Assembly: GCF_006345805.1 (NCBI RefSeq)
Contig: NC_043007.1
Location: 38,812,001 to 38,876,000, forward strand
Direction of reading: 5' to 3'
Length of the DNA stretch: 64,000 nucleotides
DNA from: Octopus sinensis
Lineage: Eukaryota
Shown in pieces: positions 51,116 through 63,245 of the stretch. The stretch's first letter is position 1. The number at the start of each line of letters is the position of its first letter. Both the position numbers and the translations under genes were made by a program. Below the pieces are notes generated by a model. That model did not search any database. It saw nothing but the letters and a program-made list of their open reading frames with translations, and was not told the DNA's origin.

Positions 51116-51426
51116 CTATACTGTTTAAACATTGTAAAACTTTAAGTCTGGAATAATATTCCTGAGGATTTGAAGTTCTAGTTGATGATGGGTTGGATAT
51201 AATGATTAGTATTGATGCTGAGGTAGCTGGGTGGTAATCAACAGTATGGTGGACGGGTGGGCCAGGTGATCTTGGGTTGACATGCTATGTAACTATAACT
51301 CAGAAACCTTGATATCATTCGTAATAGTGGTAGAATAGATAGAGAGATGTGACACCACATGTGGGACAAGGGTTGTAGTGCGTTGCTAAGTGAGGTTTTT
51401 ATCCTTTTAAAAAGAAATTATGCAAT

Positions 51427-51838
51427 TGGCGCAGAAGTGGCTGTGTGGTAAGTAGTTTGCTTATCAACCACATGGTTCCAGGTTCAGTCCCACTGTGTGG
51501 CACCTTGGGCAAGTGTCTTCTACTATAGCATCAGACCGACCAAAGCCTTGTGAGTGGATTTGGTAGACAGAAACTGAAAGAAGCCTGTCGTATATATGAA
51601 TATGTATGTATGTATGTATATATATATGTGTGTGTGTGTTTGTGTTTGTCCCCCCAACATCTCCTGACAACCGATGCTAGTGTGTTTACGTCCCCGTAAC
51701 TTAGCGGTTCGGCAAAAGAGAATGATAGAATAAGTACTAGGCTTACAAAGAATAAGTCCTGGGGTCGATTTGCTCGACTAAAGGCGGTGCTCCAGCATGG
51801 CCACAGTCAAATGACTGAAACAAGTAAAAGAGTAAAGA
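51427..51838 (+). mobile_element. SINE family A
   Basis: Full-length copy. Confidence 0.85.
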
Positions 51839-52068
51839 GAGTAATAAATCTTTGTAAAAGGATCATAGTTTAAGATGGGAAATGGTGATGGTGGGGTGTG
51901 GTTGCCATGATTACAAATGTATCATCTTTTTCTCCTTAAAGTATAAAATTTCTTCCTCTTCCATTTCTCTAATACAAGATGAACAAATAAAATAAACAAA
52001 TGAACGAAAAATAGAAATAATAAAAGTAATCACTCAAAATTTGAGGTTTTGTTTTTAATATTATTTAT

Positions 52069-52105
<37 letters not shown>

Positions 52106-52219
52106 TGATGAAATTATTGTATACAGTGCTCGGGTGCGCCACAACTTGTCAGAAAGTGCGTATAAAGCATATGCAGTAATGTACAAATGTTTGGAAAGCG
52201 AACTGTATGAGTCAGATAC

Positions 52220-52335
52220 ATGCTTATTTCGAGGTACAGCTTGATGTCATCTGCATATTTCAGCATTGTGGCATTCTTTAAGTTGGCATCTATGTCATTA
52301 ACATATGCAACAAATAAAAGGGGGCCAAGAACTGT
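52220..52335 (-). pseudogene. CR1/L2-type reverse transcriptase fragment
   Basis: VLGPLLFVAYVNDIDANLKNATMLKYADDIKLY. Confidence 0.8.
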
Positions 52336-53640
52336 CTGTTCTTATGTTCTGAGTTCAAATGCTACTGAGGTTGACTTTGCCTTTTATCCTTTTGGGGTTG
52401 ATAAAATAAGCACCAGATGAATATTGAGATCGATGTAATTGATTTACCAAAATTACTGGCCTTGTGCCAAAATTTGAAACCGATTTTATTAAGTAAGATG
52501 ATGACCTGGTAGAATTGTAAATTGTGTTGGACAAAATGCTTGTGAAATTCTGGTTCTTTACATTCTGAGTTCAAATTCCACCAAGGTCAACTTTACTTTT
52601 CATCCTATCAGGGTTGATAAAAGAACCAGTCAAGTTCTGGGATTGATGTAAATGATTTGCCCACTTTCCTCAAAATTGCTGGCCTTGTGCGAAAATTAGA
52701 CAGAAGTATTGAAGGTGCCAAGCTGGCAGAATCTTTAGAGCATCTTTAGGCGGAATCTTTAGGCAGTGAGAATCTTTAGACGGCAAGCTGGCAGTAATGT
52801 TAGCACGCCGGGTGAAATGCTTAGCAGTATTTCGTCTGCTGTTATGTTCTGAGTTCAAATTCCGCCGAGGTTGACATTGCCTTTCATCCTTTCGGGGTCG
52901 ATAAATTAAGTACTAGTTATGCACTGGGGGTCGATGTAATCGACTTAATCCCTTTGTCTGTCCTTCTTTGTCCCCTGTATGTTGAGCCCCTTGTGGGCAA
53001 TAAAGAAATAAGAATCTTTAGAGCATCAGACAAAATGCTTAGCTCCATATTTTTTTTTTACTTATCATGTTCTGAATTCAAATACCACCAAGTTCAACTT
53101 CACTTTTCATCCTTTCAGGATTGATAAAATAAGCACCAGTCATGTACTGGAGTCAATATAATTGACTTACCCTTCCTCTCAAAATTGTTGGTCTTGTGCC
53201 AAAATTAGAAAGAAGTATTGAAGGTACTAAGCTGGTAGAATCACTGATTATGTGAACATTGTTTGAAACCAATTATTTGAAAAACATTTATTTGAATGGA
53301 AAATTGTATGAATGAAAATTATTCAAAAGCACAATTATACAAAATGTTAATTATCCTAAATTTTTAATTTTATTTAAACAAAAATGATAGAATTAAAAAT
53401 CAAGTACACAAATGATATTTATTACAAATAACTGTTTTTCGAATAATTGTTTTGAACAATTTTCATGATACGGAATCATTAGACTATTGAACAAAATGCT
53501 TAATAGTATTTCTTCCAGCCCTTTACTGAGTTCAAATATATTGCCTTCATCCTTTCATATTCCATAAAGTACCAATGAAGTTCTTACTTTCTCCCACGAA
53601 ATTGCTGGCCTTGTGTCAAAATTTGAAATCATTATTATTT
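52335..53640 (+). mobile_element. Cluster of at least 5 family C SINEs, partly nested
   Basis: Repeated TTCTGAGTTCAAAT...TTTCATCC...GATAAAA motifs in one orientation. Confidence 0.7.
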
Positions 53641-53671
53641 ATTTATTTATTCATTTACTTTCCATTTCCAG

Positions 53672-53720
53672 TAACTGTATTGAAGGAAAACTGACTTGTA
53701 AGAGAAAACGTAGGACATGA
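53672..53720 (+). CDS. WFDC1-like exon 7 (last coding exon, CNCIEGKLTCKRKRRT*)
   Basis: ttccatttccag acceptor; phase 2 completes TGT and gives a C-x-C-x2-G-x3-C pattern; TGA at 53718-53720. Confidence 0.75.
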
Positions 53721-53907
53721 CCTCTTGACCTGATCATGTGATGGAACTGCCTAACCTCAGAACTCCCCAAAATACACAATGTAAGTGAAAATATTTTCAT
53801 GCAAGATTTCTTTCTTAAAGCTAAATATCAGCTAAACCACAGTCATGGCTTGGAGAGTTGGTAACAGAGTAAAAATGAATTAATTTCTACACACATAAAC
53901 ACAAACA

Positions 53908-54245
53908 TATCATCATCATCATCGTTTAACGTCCGTCTTCCATGCTAGCAAGGGTTGGATGGTTCGACCGGGGTCTGGAAGCCTGGAGGCTGCGCCAGGC
54001 TTCAGTCTGATCGGGCAGTGTTTCTACAGCTGGATGCCCTTCCTAACACCAACCACTCTGTGAGTGTAGTGGGTGCTTTTTACGTGCCACTGGCACAGGG
54101 GCCAGAAAAGGCTAGCAAACGGCCACGATCGGTTGGTGCCTTTTACGTGTCACCGACATGGATGCCAGTGAGGCGGTGCTGGCATCAGCCGAGTTCGGAT
54201 GGTGCTTTTTATGTGCCACCAGCACGGGTATCATAACTACAATTT
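53908..54245 (-). mobile_element. Repeat family D
   Basis: Reverse complement of the 44790 family with (ATC)n tail. Confidence 0.65.
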
Positions 54246-55879
54246 CCATTTGGTTTTTATTTTGGTGCTGATGTTGACGTACTTGACTCACTAGGTCTCC
54301 TCAAGAACAGCGGATCACTCTATGATCCAAGCAGATCCACACTCTACGATCCACAGCAGATAGAAATATTTGGAAGGAAAATAAATGGAAATATTGTAGA
54401 CCAGCCGTAAATTGCTAAATGGATCATAAGAATGACTCAGTGATCTTACTATAAATCGAAAATAAAACTTAGATTTATAAAGCAATCCTAAGATTTCAAA
54501 GTTGGGATGGTATGGACATAGTCGACAAGATGGATCCAAGAACTCAGTTGGCTCCTATTTTAGCGACTCTGCAAGGATAAAAGTTAAAGATGGCCTGAAC
54601 GGTATTTGAATTCAGAACGTATACAATTAAATATCGCAAGATATTGTATTCGTTATTTTAATGATTCTGACAATAACGATCTAAAAAAAAAAAAAAGAAA
54701 TTATTTAATAGTATCAGGTTAAATGGGGCATAACTCGTACATACAAGGGAGACAACTTTTACACATGTTCATTGACAAATTCCCGATCTTTAGTTGATAA
54801 ATCATGAAAAATTACAATTCAATAGGAGTTATTATTATTTAGTTGTTATTGAGTGACTTTAATTAACTTTGCTTGGGCTGTGTACGAGCTCATTCTTAAT
54901 CACATCCCAATACACCAACAACTGAGCTTCTGCAGACCCATTCCTGTATATTAATGGACAATATTTGATAGCTTGAATAAGACATCAAATGAAGCAAAAA
55001 TTTTTAGAGTCATAATTTATTAATGTAAATAAGGAAAGGCATATCGTAACTTAAATAAAAATAAAAAACGGATGAACTTTGAGTTTTTCATAAAATGAAT
55101 TTATTAAATTTTATTAGAAAATATTTTAACCCAGAGAACACCAGCAGATTTTTCATACAACTCTGGATTTCCTGGTGGCCCATTTTTGGAGAAATTGATC
55201 TGTGCTAACTCTAGCTTCTATGAGAAGTCAATCAAATCTCTAAAATATTTAAAAACAGGAAGGACATACTTGAAAAAAAAACGAAAAAAAAACGAGACAG
55301 CCAAAGCCATAGGTCTGCCTTAAGGCTCAAATTACAATAACAACAAAACTATGCACTTATTCAAATTTGGTGTAATTTATTTAGAAGATATATATTAATT
55401 GTTTGTTAGTGAATTTAAATTGCCAAACATATGGTCATAAGTTCATACTTTTACTAATGTTATTGTATTTTTGTCCAGAGCAATGTCTCAAAGTCTCTTT
55501 ATTCAAGTTTATCAAACTGAAACAAAAAGCAGGCTTGACCTGTATTTTACAGTTGAGTCCTTGAAGTCAAAAACACATGCTGTACTTGGGGTAAAAACAT
55601 TCATTTATTCACAAATAAATAGCAAAGAAAATATTACTAAGAAGTAAAAATAGATTGTAAAAAAACACAAAACAAAACAAATATACAAAAAAATATATAT
55701 ATCATTCAAGGGCTAAAGGGGATTTCTGAATCACTCTGGGTATATTAACAATTTTTAATGCTCCCTGTATGATGTGGCTTTCCAAGTACAACATTCTCTT
55801 ATGGGCTCACTATGCATTTACAAGAAACTGTTGCAACACATTACATCACACACCATTAAAGAAAACCAATAGAAAAATA

Positions 55880-55965
55880 TCAACAGATGATGTGTCCATA
55901 CTTGATAAAATTCCCCACAGAGATAGACAATTGATTAAAGAAGCAATATTCATATTGCAACACAA
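55880..55965 (+). pseudogene. Penelope-type GIY-YIG C-terminal remnant
   Basis: ILDKIPHRDRQLIKEAIFILQHK resembles the R..I.EAI.I motif; short. Confidence 0.45.
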
Positions 55966-55974
55966 GGTCACAAT

Positions 55975-56210
55975 ACCTATTTCTTTACTACCCACAGGGG
56001 GCTAAACACAGAAGGGACAAACGAGGACAGACAAACAAATTAAGTCGATTAAATCGACCCCAGTGCGTAACTGGTACTTAATTTATCGACCCCGAAGGGA
56101 TGAAAGGCAAAGTCGACCTCGACGGAATTTGAACTCAGAACGTAACGGTAGACGAAATACTGCAAAGCATTTTGCTCGGCGTGCTAACGTTTCTGCCAGC
56201 TCGCCACCTT
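55975..56210 (-). mobile_element. SINE family C
   Basis: Reverse-complement full copy. Confidence 0.8.
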
Positions 56211-56400
56211 AAAACACACAAATAACTCAACCAAAATAAGCATGTTTGTCATGATGTGTAACTTTAATGGGCAATCTACAAATCTGATGACAGGGGTATC
56301 TAATGTTCTAATGGTTAAATTCTTGCTGTAAAACCATCATCAACCCCATTTTAATATAAATTAGCACTAACTTTGCTTTTATATTTTTTTATCATTTCAG

Positions 56401-56520
56401 GAAAACAGATTTGTACCAAAAATGTCCACAATGTATATTATAAACTGTTCTGATATTTCCACCAAGAAATTTGTGCAATAAAAGATATTTATAAGACCTT
56501 GCCATTTTGTTTTTTTTTTC
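56401..56520 (+). other. Candidate non-coding terminal exon and poly(A) site of the WFDC1-like gene
   Basis: CTAAC branch point, long pyrimidine tract and CAG at 56400; AATAAA at 56477 followed by a T-rich element. Confidence 0.35.
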
Positions 56521-56926
56521 TATGACTGTAAATGCTTTGGAATTTAACAGTTATGTGATATATGTAACCTTTCCTATATAAAATCATTGTTTGGTTTTCT
56601 TTATCGATTACAATTAATTTTTCATTTTATAATCTATTTCTTCTTTCTACATATATAAGTATATACTAACATATGTATTCATGTGGTCCCAACAACGTGT
56701 GTGAATACACACACACACACACACACACAGAGTGAATGAAGAATTGAAAGAAAGTAGCACTGAACATATTTGGTAGGAGTTATATATATTTCTAATAACA
56801 GTTTGATTCAACGGTTTTGTTGGGCTCATCTGATGAGATGGATGTATCCAATGCACCACAAAACTTCAAGTCATATGGTGGTGAGTTAAACTGTTATATA
56901 ATAAATACATACATATATACATATAT

Positions 56927-57280
56927 AGGCGCAAGCATGGCTGTGTGGTAAGAAGCTTACTTACGAACCACATGGTTCTGGGTTCAGTCCCACTGTGCAG
57001 CACCTTGGGCAAGTGTCTTCTACTATAGCCTCGGGCTGACCAAAGCCTTGTGACTGAATTTGATAGATGGAAACTGAAAGAAGCCTGTCGTGTATGTATA
57101 TATATATACATATATATATGTATGTATGTATATTTATGTGTGTGTATTTTTGTGTCTGTGTTTGTCCCCACTACCAGTGATGTCCCTGAAACTACTAGGC
57201 TTACAAAGAATAAGTCCTGGGATAGATATTTTTGACTAAAGACTGTGCTCCAGCATGGTCACAGCTAAATGACTGATATG
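56927..57280 (+). mobile_element. SINE family A (internally deleted)
   Basis: Head and partial body. Confidence 0.75.
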
Positions 57281-57289
57281 TGTAAGAGT

Positions 57290-57470
57290 CTCTGACTTCC
57301 CTTCTCTGGATCTTTCCTTTTCCTATGTTTCTGACGAAGAGCTCCACTCGAAACATAAAATCCTCCTTCTTCCCTTCCTTCCTGAGCGTCCAATAATACT
57401 ATATTTGTTCCACGTCCTCGCGTTGTTGTGTTTTCTCTTTGTGTTTTCATGTTTGGATTAACTTTATATA
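57290..57470 (+). mobile_element. Copy of the hammerhead-bearing 200-bp element
   Basis: Reverse complement of 11933-12130; ends in (TA)n. Confidence 0.6.
57327..57361 (+). ncRNA. Minimal hammerhead motif (12035 family) with CUGACGA core
   Basis: GUUU-CUGACGA-A-GAGC-UCC-ACUC-GAAA-CA-UA-AAAU; one mismatch each in stems II and III. Confidence 0.5.
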
Positions 57471-57559
57471 TATATATACACACACATTAAGAAAACAGAC
57501 ATTTAATACATCAAGGTTTTATTTTACAGGTAATCACATCTTTCTTTAGCACGACTTAC

Positions 57560-57641
57560 ACATGTTTCTGCTGGTAACCAGTGCACACTGGAAAGTGTGT
57601 AACTTGGTGTTAATTATTGGTACTGCTTCATCAGGGTCCAT
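57560..57641 (-). CDS. Candidate exon of an unidentified antisense gene
   Basis: tatattcag / GTAAGT boundaries, open MDPDEAVPIINTKLHTFQCALVTSRNM; no homology recognised. Confidence 0.3.
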
Positions 57642-57886
57642 CTGAATATAGTATAAATATAACCAAACTTCTTTTGTTTGTTATTAGCATTACTAAAAAT
57701 AATCACATTTTTATGAACTTTTAGCCTGTCCAGTAAGGAATGCTTTCTACTGTCCTTAAATTAGATTAATACTCACAAATGTTTTAAGATTCAGGTTCTT
57801 ATTCTTCCTTACCATTCCATCAATGTAGAATAGTATTTTTTATTTTTCAATGTATCAAGATACTTCTTAGTTTGTTGATGTTATTA

Positions 57887-57919
<33 letters not shown>

Positions 57920-58224
57920 TATTATTATTCTATGTTTGACTTTTGCTTTATATTTGTACAAGTTGGCTCCAAGTCTCACGCAGAGACCTCAAGAGACAAC
58001 AAGTTGGAAGTTCATGTTGTTATTATGCCTAGTGTACCTATTATTATTATTATTAGTAGTAGTAGTAGTAGTGGTAGTATTAATAGGCTACGAGTCTATG
58101 ATTTATTTACTAATTTTAGAATTAGTCTAATATTTTTTTTGTAGTTAATTTTGTTCAACTTAGACTTCATTTTCAACTCTTTACAATTAACCTTAATTTA
58201 TGTATAAGTTTTGATTTATTTAGG

Positions 58225-58675
58225 TTCCAGCTTACCAGTTCCTTGACTGCGGCCATGCTGGAGCAATGGTTTTAGTCGAAGAAATCAATCCCAGGACTTA
58301 TTCTTTCTAAGCCTACTACTTATTCTAATGGTCTCTAAGAACCTCTAAGTTACAGGGACATAAACACACCAGCTACGGCTGCCAAGCAATGGTAGGGAGA
58401 TAGACACACAAACATATATATATATATATATATACATACATATATATGTATATATATATATATATATATACATATATATACACATATATACATACATATA
58501 TATATGCATATGTGTGTGTGTGTGTATATATATATATATACATATACCAAATCCACTTACTAGGCTTTTGTTGGCCTGATACAATTGTAGAAGACACTTG
58601 CCCAAGGGACCACACAGCGAGACTGAACCTAGAACCATGTGGTAGGTAAGCAAGCTACATACCACACAGCCATTC
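58225..58675 (-). mobile_element. SINE family A (diverged)
   Basis: Reverse-complement copy; head duplicated at 59230-59358. Confidence 0.75.
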
Positions 58676-59117
58676 CATCATACTTTGTTCGAAACAGCAG
58701 TTTTATTAAGATGAATATTATGTAGATGTGCAATTACTTAATTATGACACATAATTAATTTAAATTAAGTTTTACACTTTTGATACCAACTTGTCCAAGA
58801 CTGATCCCTGGTTCTATGATGCAAAATGTTTGTTTTAAAGGGGTCTAAATTTAAACCTTCCACCAAAACTTCATGTTCTGTTCCAAACACCAGCTTAATA
58901 AGGACAAAGGTATTTTACTACATTCTTTATTATTTCTACAATTAATTGGGAAAAAAGCAGTGTATTTCAACAGAAATGTGGTAACAGAAGGGTTAAAAGC
59001 TGTGTTTACCCAAATCATCAGGAATGTTATGTTAATGATGTGTTATTATTTGAGCTTTTAATTACCATGTGCTTATTCTTTGATGTTTTTGCATCAATTC
59101 TCACCGCACTCCCTCTT

Positions 59118-59160
<43 letters not shown>

Positions 59161-59810
59161 TATACACATATATACATACATATATATATGCATATGTGTG
59201 TGTGTGTGTATATATATATATATACATATACCAAATCCACTTACTAGGCTTTTGTTGGCCTGATACAATTGTAGAAGACACTTGCCCAAGGGACCACACA
59301 GCGAGACTGAACCTAGAACCATGTGGTAGGTAAGCAAGCTACATACCACACAGCCATTCCATCATACTTTGTTCGAAACAGCAGTTTTATTAAGATGAAT
59401 ATTATGTAGATGTGCAATTACTTAATTATGACACATAATTAATTTAAATTAAGTTTTACACTTTTGATACCAACTTGTCCAAGACTGATCCCTGGTTCTA
59501 TGATGCAAAATGTTTGTTTTAAAGGGGTCTAAATTTAAACCTTCCACCAAAACTTCATGTTCTGTTCCAAACACCAGCTTAATAAAGACAAAGGTATTTT
59601 ACTACATTCTTTATTATTTCTACAATTAATTGGGAAAAAAGCAGTGTATTTCAACAGAAATGTGGTAACAGAAGGGTTAAAAGCTGTGTTTACCCAAATC
59701 ATCAGGAATGTTATGTTAATGATGTGTTATTATTTGAGCTTTTAATTACCATGTGCTTATTCTTTGATGTTTTTGCATCAATTCTCACCGCACTCCCTCT
59801 TTATATATAT
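58440..59810. repeat. 684-bp near-perfect tandem duplication
   Basis: CCAAATCCAC at 58547 and 59231; copies almost identical, bounded by (TA)n. Confidence 0.9.
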
Positions 59811-59848
59811 ATATATATATATATTTATACATACATATGTACATTCAG

Positions 59849-59886
<38 letters not shown>

Positions 59887-60106
59887 CATATATATGTGTG
59901 TATATGTAATTATCATAATAATTATTATAAAGCAAGAGCTTGTTTATACAGTTTCCAGCTTTTAATAATAAACAAAATGTTCAAAGTACTGAACTTAATG
60001 AGATGAGAATATTTTCTCGTTTGATAATTCAAGCATATGGTGATAAATATACCTAGATGTGTGTTTGTGTGTATCATAAATGGGTATATATATATGTAAA
60101 TACACA

Positions 60107-60508
60107 TAGGTGCAGGAGTGGCTGTGTGGTAAGTAGCTTGCTAACCAACCACATGGTTCCGGGTTCAGTCCCACTGCGTGGCATCTTGGGCAAGTGTCTT
60201 CTGCTATAGCCCCGGGCCGACCAATGCCTTGTAAGTGGATTTGGTAGACGGAAACTGAAAGAAGCCTGTCGTATATATATATATATATGTATGTATGTAT
60301 GTGTGTGTTTGTGTGTCTGTGTTTGTCCCCCTAGCATTGCTTGACAACCGATGCTGGTGTGTTTATGTCCCTGTCACTTAGCGGTTCGGCAAAAGAGACC
60401 GATAGAATAAGTACTGGGCTTACAAAGAATAAGTCTCGGGGTCGATTTGCTCGACTAAAGGCGGTGCTCCAGCATGGCCGCAGTCAAATGACTGAAACAA
60501 GTAAAAGA
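60107..60508 (+). mobile_element. SINE family A
   Basis: Full-length copy, very close to 3617-4015. Confidence 0.85.
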
Positions 60509-60709
60509 GAGTATACTTCCCCCCCCCACACACACTTTATCGAATTTAGAAACAGGTAGAAAAATGTGCTCAATACATGCAAATGAGTTTAGTAATTTAT
60601 TTGCAGATGTGGCTTTATTTTCCTACTACTTAGTTTCGCATTTCCATTCTTCATAGCTTTGATAAAATGAATATGTATGTCTGTATATGTGTATGTGTGT
60701 GTGAATATA

Positions 60710-60830
60710 TCTATTATATAAAATCCGTTCTGTCTGTCTGTGTGTGTGTGTCTTCTAGGATCTCAGGCATCCTCCATCCGATTGCGCTCAAATTTGATAT
60801 GTAGATACCAATGGTATCAGGGCGTGTATG
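60710..60830 (+). mobile_element. Helitron-like 5' fragment
   Basis: A|TCTATTATATAAAA followed by (CTGT)n/(TG)n, like the other Helitron 5' ends. Confidence 0.45.
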
Positions 60831-60875
60831 TCTTGATTTGTTACGATGCTTTGTAACCAATTATGTTTAATACGT

Positions 60876-61105
60876 GGAGGCGTGTGTCAGCATCATGATC
60901 ATAAGATTGTGGTTTCGATTCCTGGACCAGGCGACGCGTTGTGTTTTTGAGCAAAACACTTCATTTCACGTTGTTCCAGCCCACTCAGATGGCAAAAATG
61001 AGTAACACTGCAATGGACTGGCATCACGTCCAGCTGGGGAACACATACGCCATTGAAACCGGGAAACTGGGCCCATGAGCCTGGCTAGGCTTTAAAAGGG
61101 AGCAT
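60876..61105 (+). mobile_element. SINE with family-B head and another 3' body
   Basis: tRNA-like head and central domain; divergent tail. Confidence 0.65.
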
Positions 61106-61360
61106 TTATTTTTTTTATTTATTATGTTTAATGCAAACAAGAATGTGATTGAAGATGTAAAACTAGGTAATATGTAAATATGCATATATCAGGAGTTCTT
61201 GCTCCTTCTTCAGCACCACATCCAACCCATTAACCATTTCACAAACTCATTGCTTAAATAGCCACTAAGTATAGCAGTCTAACATTATTGAATATACCAA
61301 TTTTACATATTAATGTGAAAAATCAGTGCTGGTAATAACTTCTATAGAAAATCTGTAGAG

Positions 61361-61528
61361 ATAGGTGTAGGAGTGGCTGTGTGGTAAGTAGCTTGCTTAC
61401 GAACCACATGGTTCCGGGTTCAGTCCCACTGTGTGGCACCTTGAGCAAGTGTCTTCTACTATAGCCTCGGGCTAACCAAAGCCTTGTGAGTGAATTTGGG
61501 AGACAGAAACTGGAAGCAGCCAGTCATA

Positions 61529-61572
<44 letters not shown>

Positions 61573-61803
61573 ATATATGTATGTATGTGTGTGTGTATGT
61601 TTGTGTGTCTGTGTTTGTCCCTCCAACATCGCTTGACAACCGATGCTGGTGTGTTTACGTTCCCGTAACTTAGCAGTTCGGCAAAAAGAGACTGATAGAA
61701 TAAGTACTAGGCTTACAAAGAATAAGTCCTGGGGTCGACTTGCTTGACTAAAAGGCGGTGCTCCAGCATGGCCACAGTCAAATGACTGAAACAAGTAAAA
61801 GAG
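61361..61803 (+). mobile_element. SINE family A
   Basis: Full-length copy. Confidence 0.85.
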
Positions 61804-62959
61804 GTTATCTTAACATGTGATTTAATAGCACTGCTAACACAGCAGGACACAGAATTGACTTATAAAACATTTAATATACTTTGCAGTACACTATAGTTGC
61901 TTAATGAAATATGGTGTCCCTACAAGTAATAAATAGTAAATTAACATGATTCTGTTCTTCATATATTTAGTGGGTCTGGTCATTAAACCATTGTTGGTAG
62001 CATATAATATTAGATACGATGTTTGTGAAGGTGAGAATGATCACATTAATTATAGGTTTCCATATTTTTTATTACAAGAAACATTTGCATTTACATATGT
62101 ACAATAATTATTTAAATAGAACATTATACATGAGATAGTGAATGTAATAATTTGTTTTTTTATTTGAAAATCATTCATGGTTATTAAAGACAGAATAAGG
62201 AGAATGAGTGGAAATGCTTCGACACAAAAATACCCAACAGAGTTCTGTATAGTGACTGGGGCTCTTCTGTCTAGGAGTTCACTATCCCAGCTTTTTATAA
62301 CATTCAGTCAGGCTTCTAGAACATTCAGAATTATTTAGCAGGAAAATTCACAAAACTTACTTTCAAAAATATGCTGCTTGTTTAGTTCCACACCAGCCAA
62401 TCTGATTGGTTGGACCATGTTCATGTAGATATTAATGCCTCTTATAGAAACACAGTTAAGATTTTGCAGCTGGCCTTTGCCTTTTATTACAATAGTTAGG
62501 TTGTAGTATTAAACTGGGGATCTGAGTGGGATGATTCAAAACCAGGCAGAATCCTTTGTTGATTGGCCAAATCAGTTCTGATTAGATAAATCTATAATCA
62601 AAGATGTTCTATTTGTAACCATCCTTTCATTCCCCTGCCCATACCACTCTATTTGGTGCTACATTAGATAAAATGTTCTTCTGCTGTTATAACATATGAT
62701 AGGATTTAATTCAAGGGAAATTTGGCTTCTATTTCTAGGAGATTGAGTTATCACACAGAACAGTGGTTCCCAACCATTTCACAGCCATTTAATTTAAATG
62801 AATTTTCTCTATGGACCCTAGGCATGTAAATATCTGTCAACTCAACAAACTTCTTTTCCCCAGTTTCATCTTTCAATTTAAATGTATCATCATCATCGTC
62901 GTCATCATAATGTCTACTTTTCCATGCTTGCCTCCCAAACAAGTGGTCTCAGCCTTATG

Positions 62960-63245
62960 TCCACTGTGCAACTCTTGGGAGGGGGGGAACCAAAGCCTTG
63001 TGATGGCTTGACAGGCAGAAATTGAATAAAGCTTGTCATATTTTTAATCTTTTACTTGCCTCAGTTATTACACTACAGCCATACTGGAGCACTGCCCTAC
63101 CGAATTTTAGTCGAATGAAAAAAGCCCAGTACTTATTTATTTCTTTTTTAAGCCTGGTACTTATTCTATCAGTCTCTTTAGCTGAACTGCTAAGTGATGG
63201 AGACATAAACATACCAGCATCAGTTGTCAAGTGGTGGTGGGACAC
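62960..63245 (-). mobile_element. SINE family A (diverged 3' body)
   Basis: Reverse-complement match to the family 3' body. Confidence 0.65.

Noticed and set aside
61185-61215. Minus-strand CTGAAGA-A-GGAG...CTCC stem
   Set aside because: GAAA is absent after stem II.
61971-62030. Plus-strand 60-nt exon candidate GLVIKPLLVAYNIRYDVCE
   Set aside because: Isolated, unrecognised, and plausible by chance in AT-rich DNA.
62361-62440. Minus-strand exon candidate GINIYMNMVQPIRLAGVELNKQHIFE
   Set aside because: Good splice sites, but it lies opposite a long stop-interrupted frame that may be an old retroelement, and no phase-compatible partner was found.
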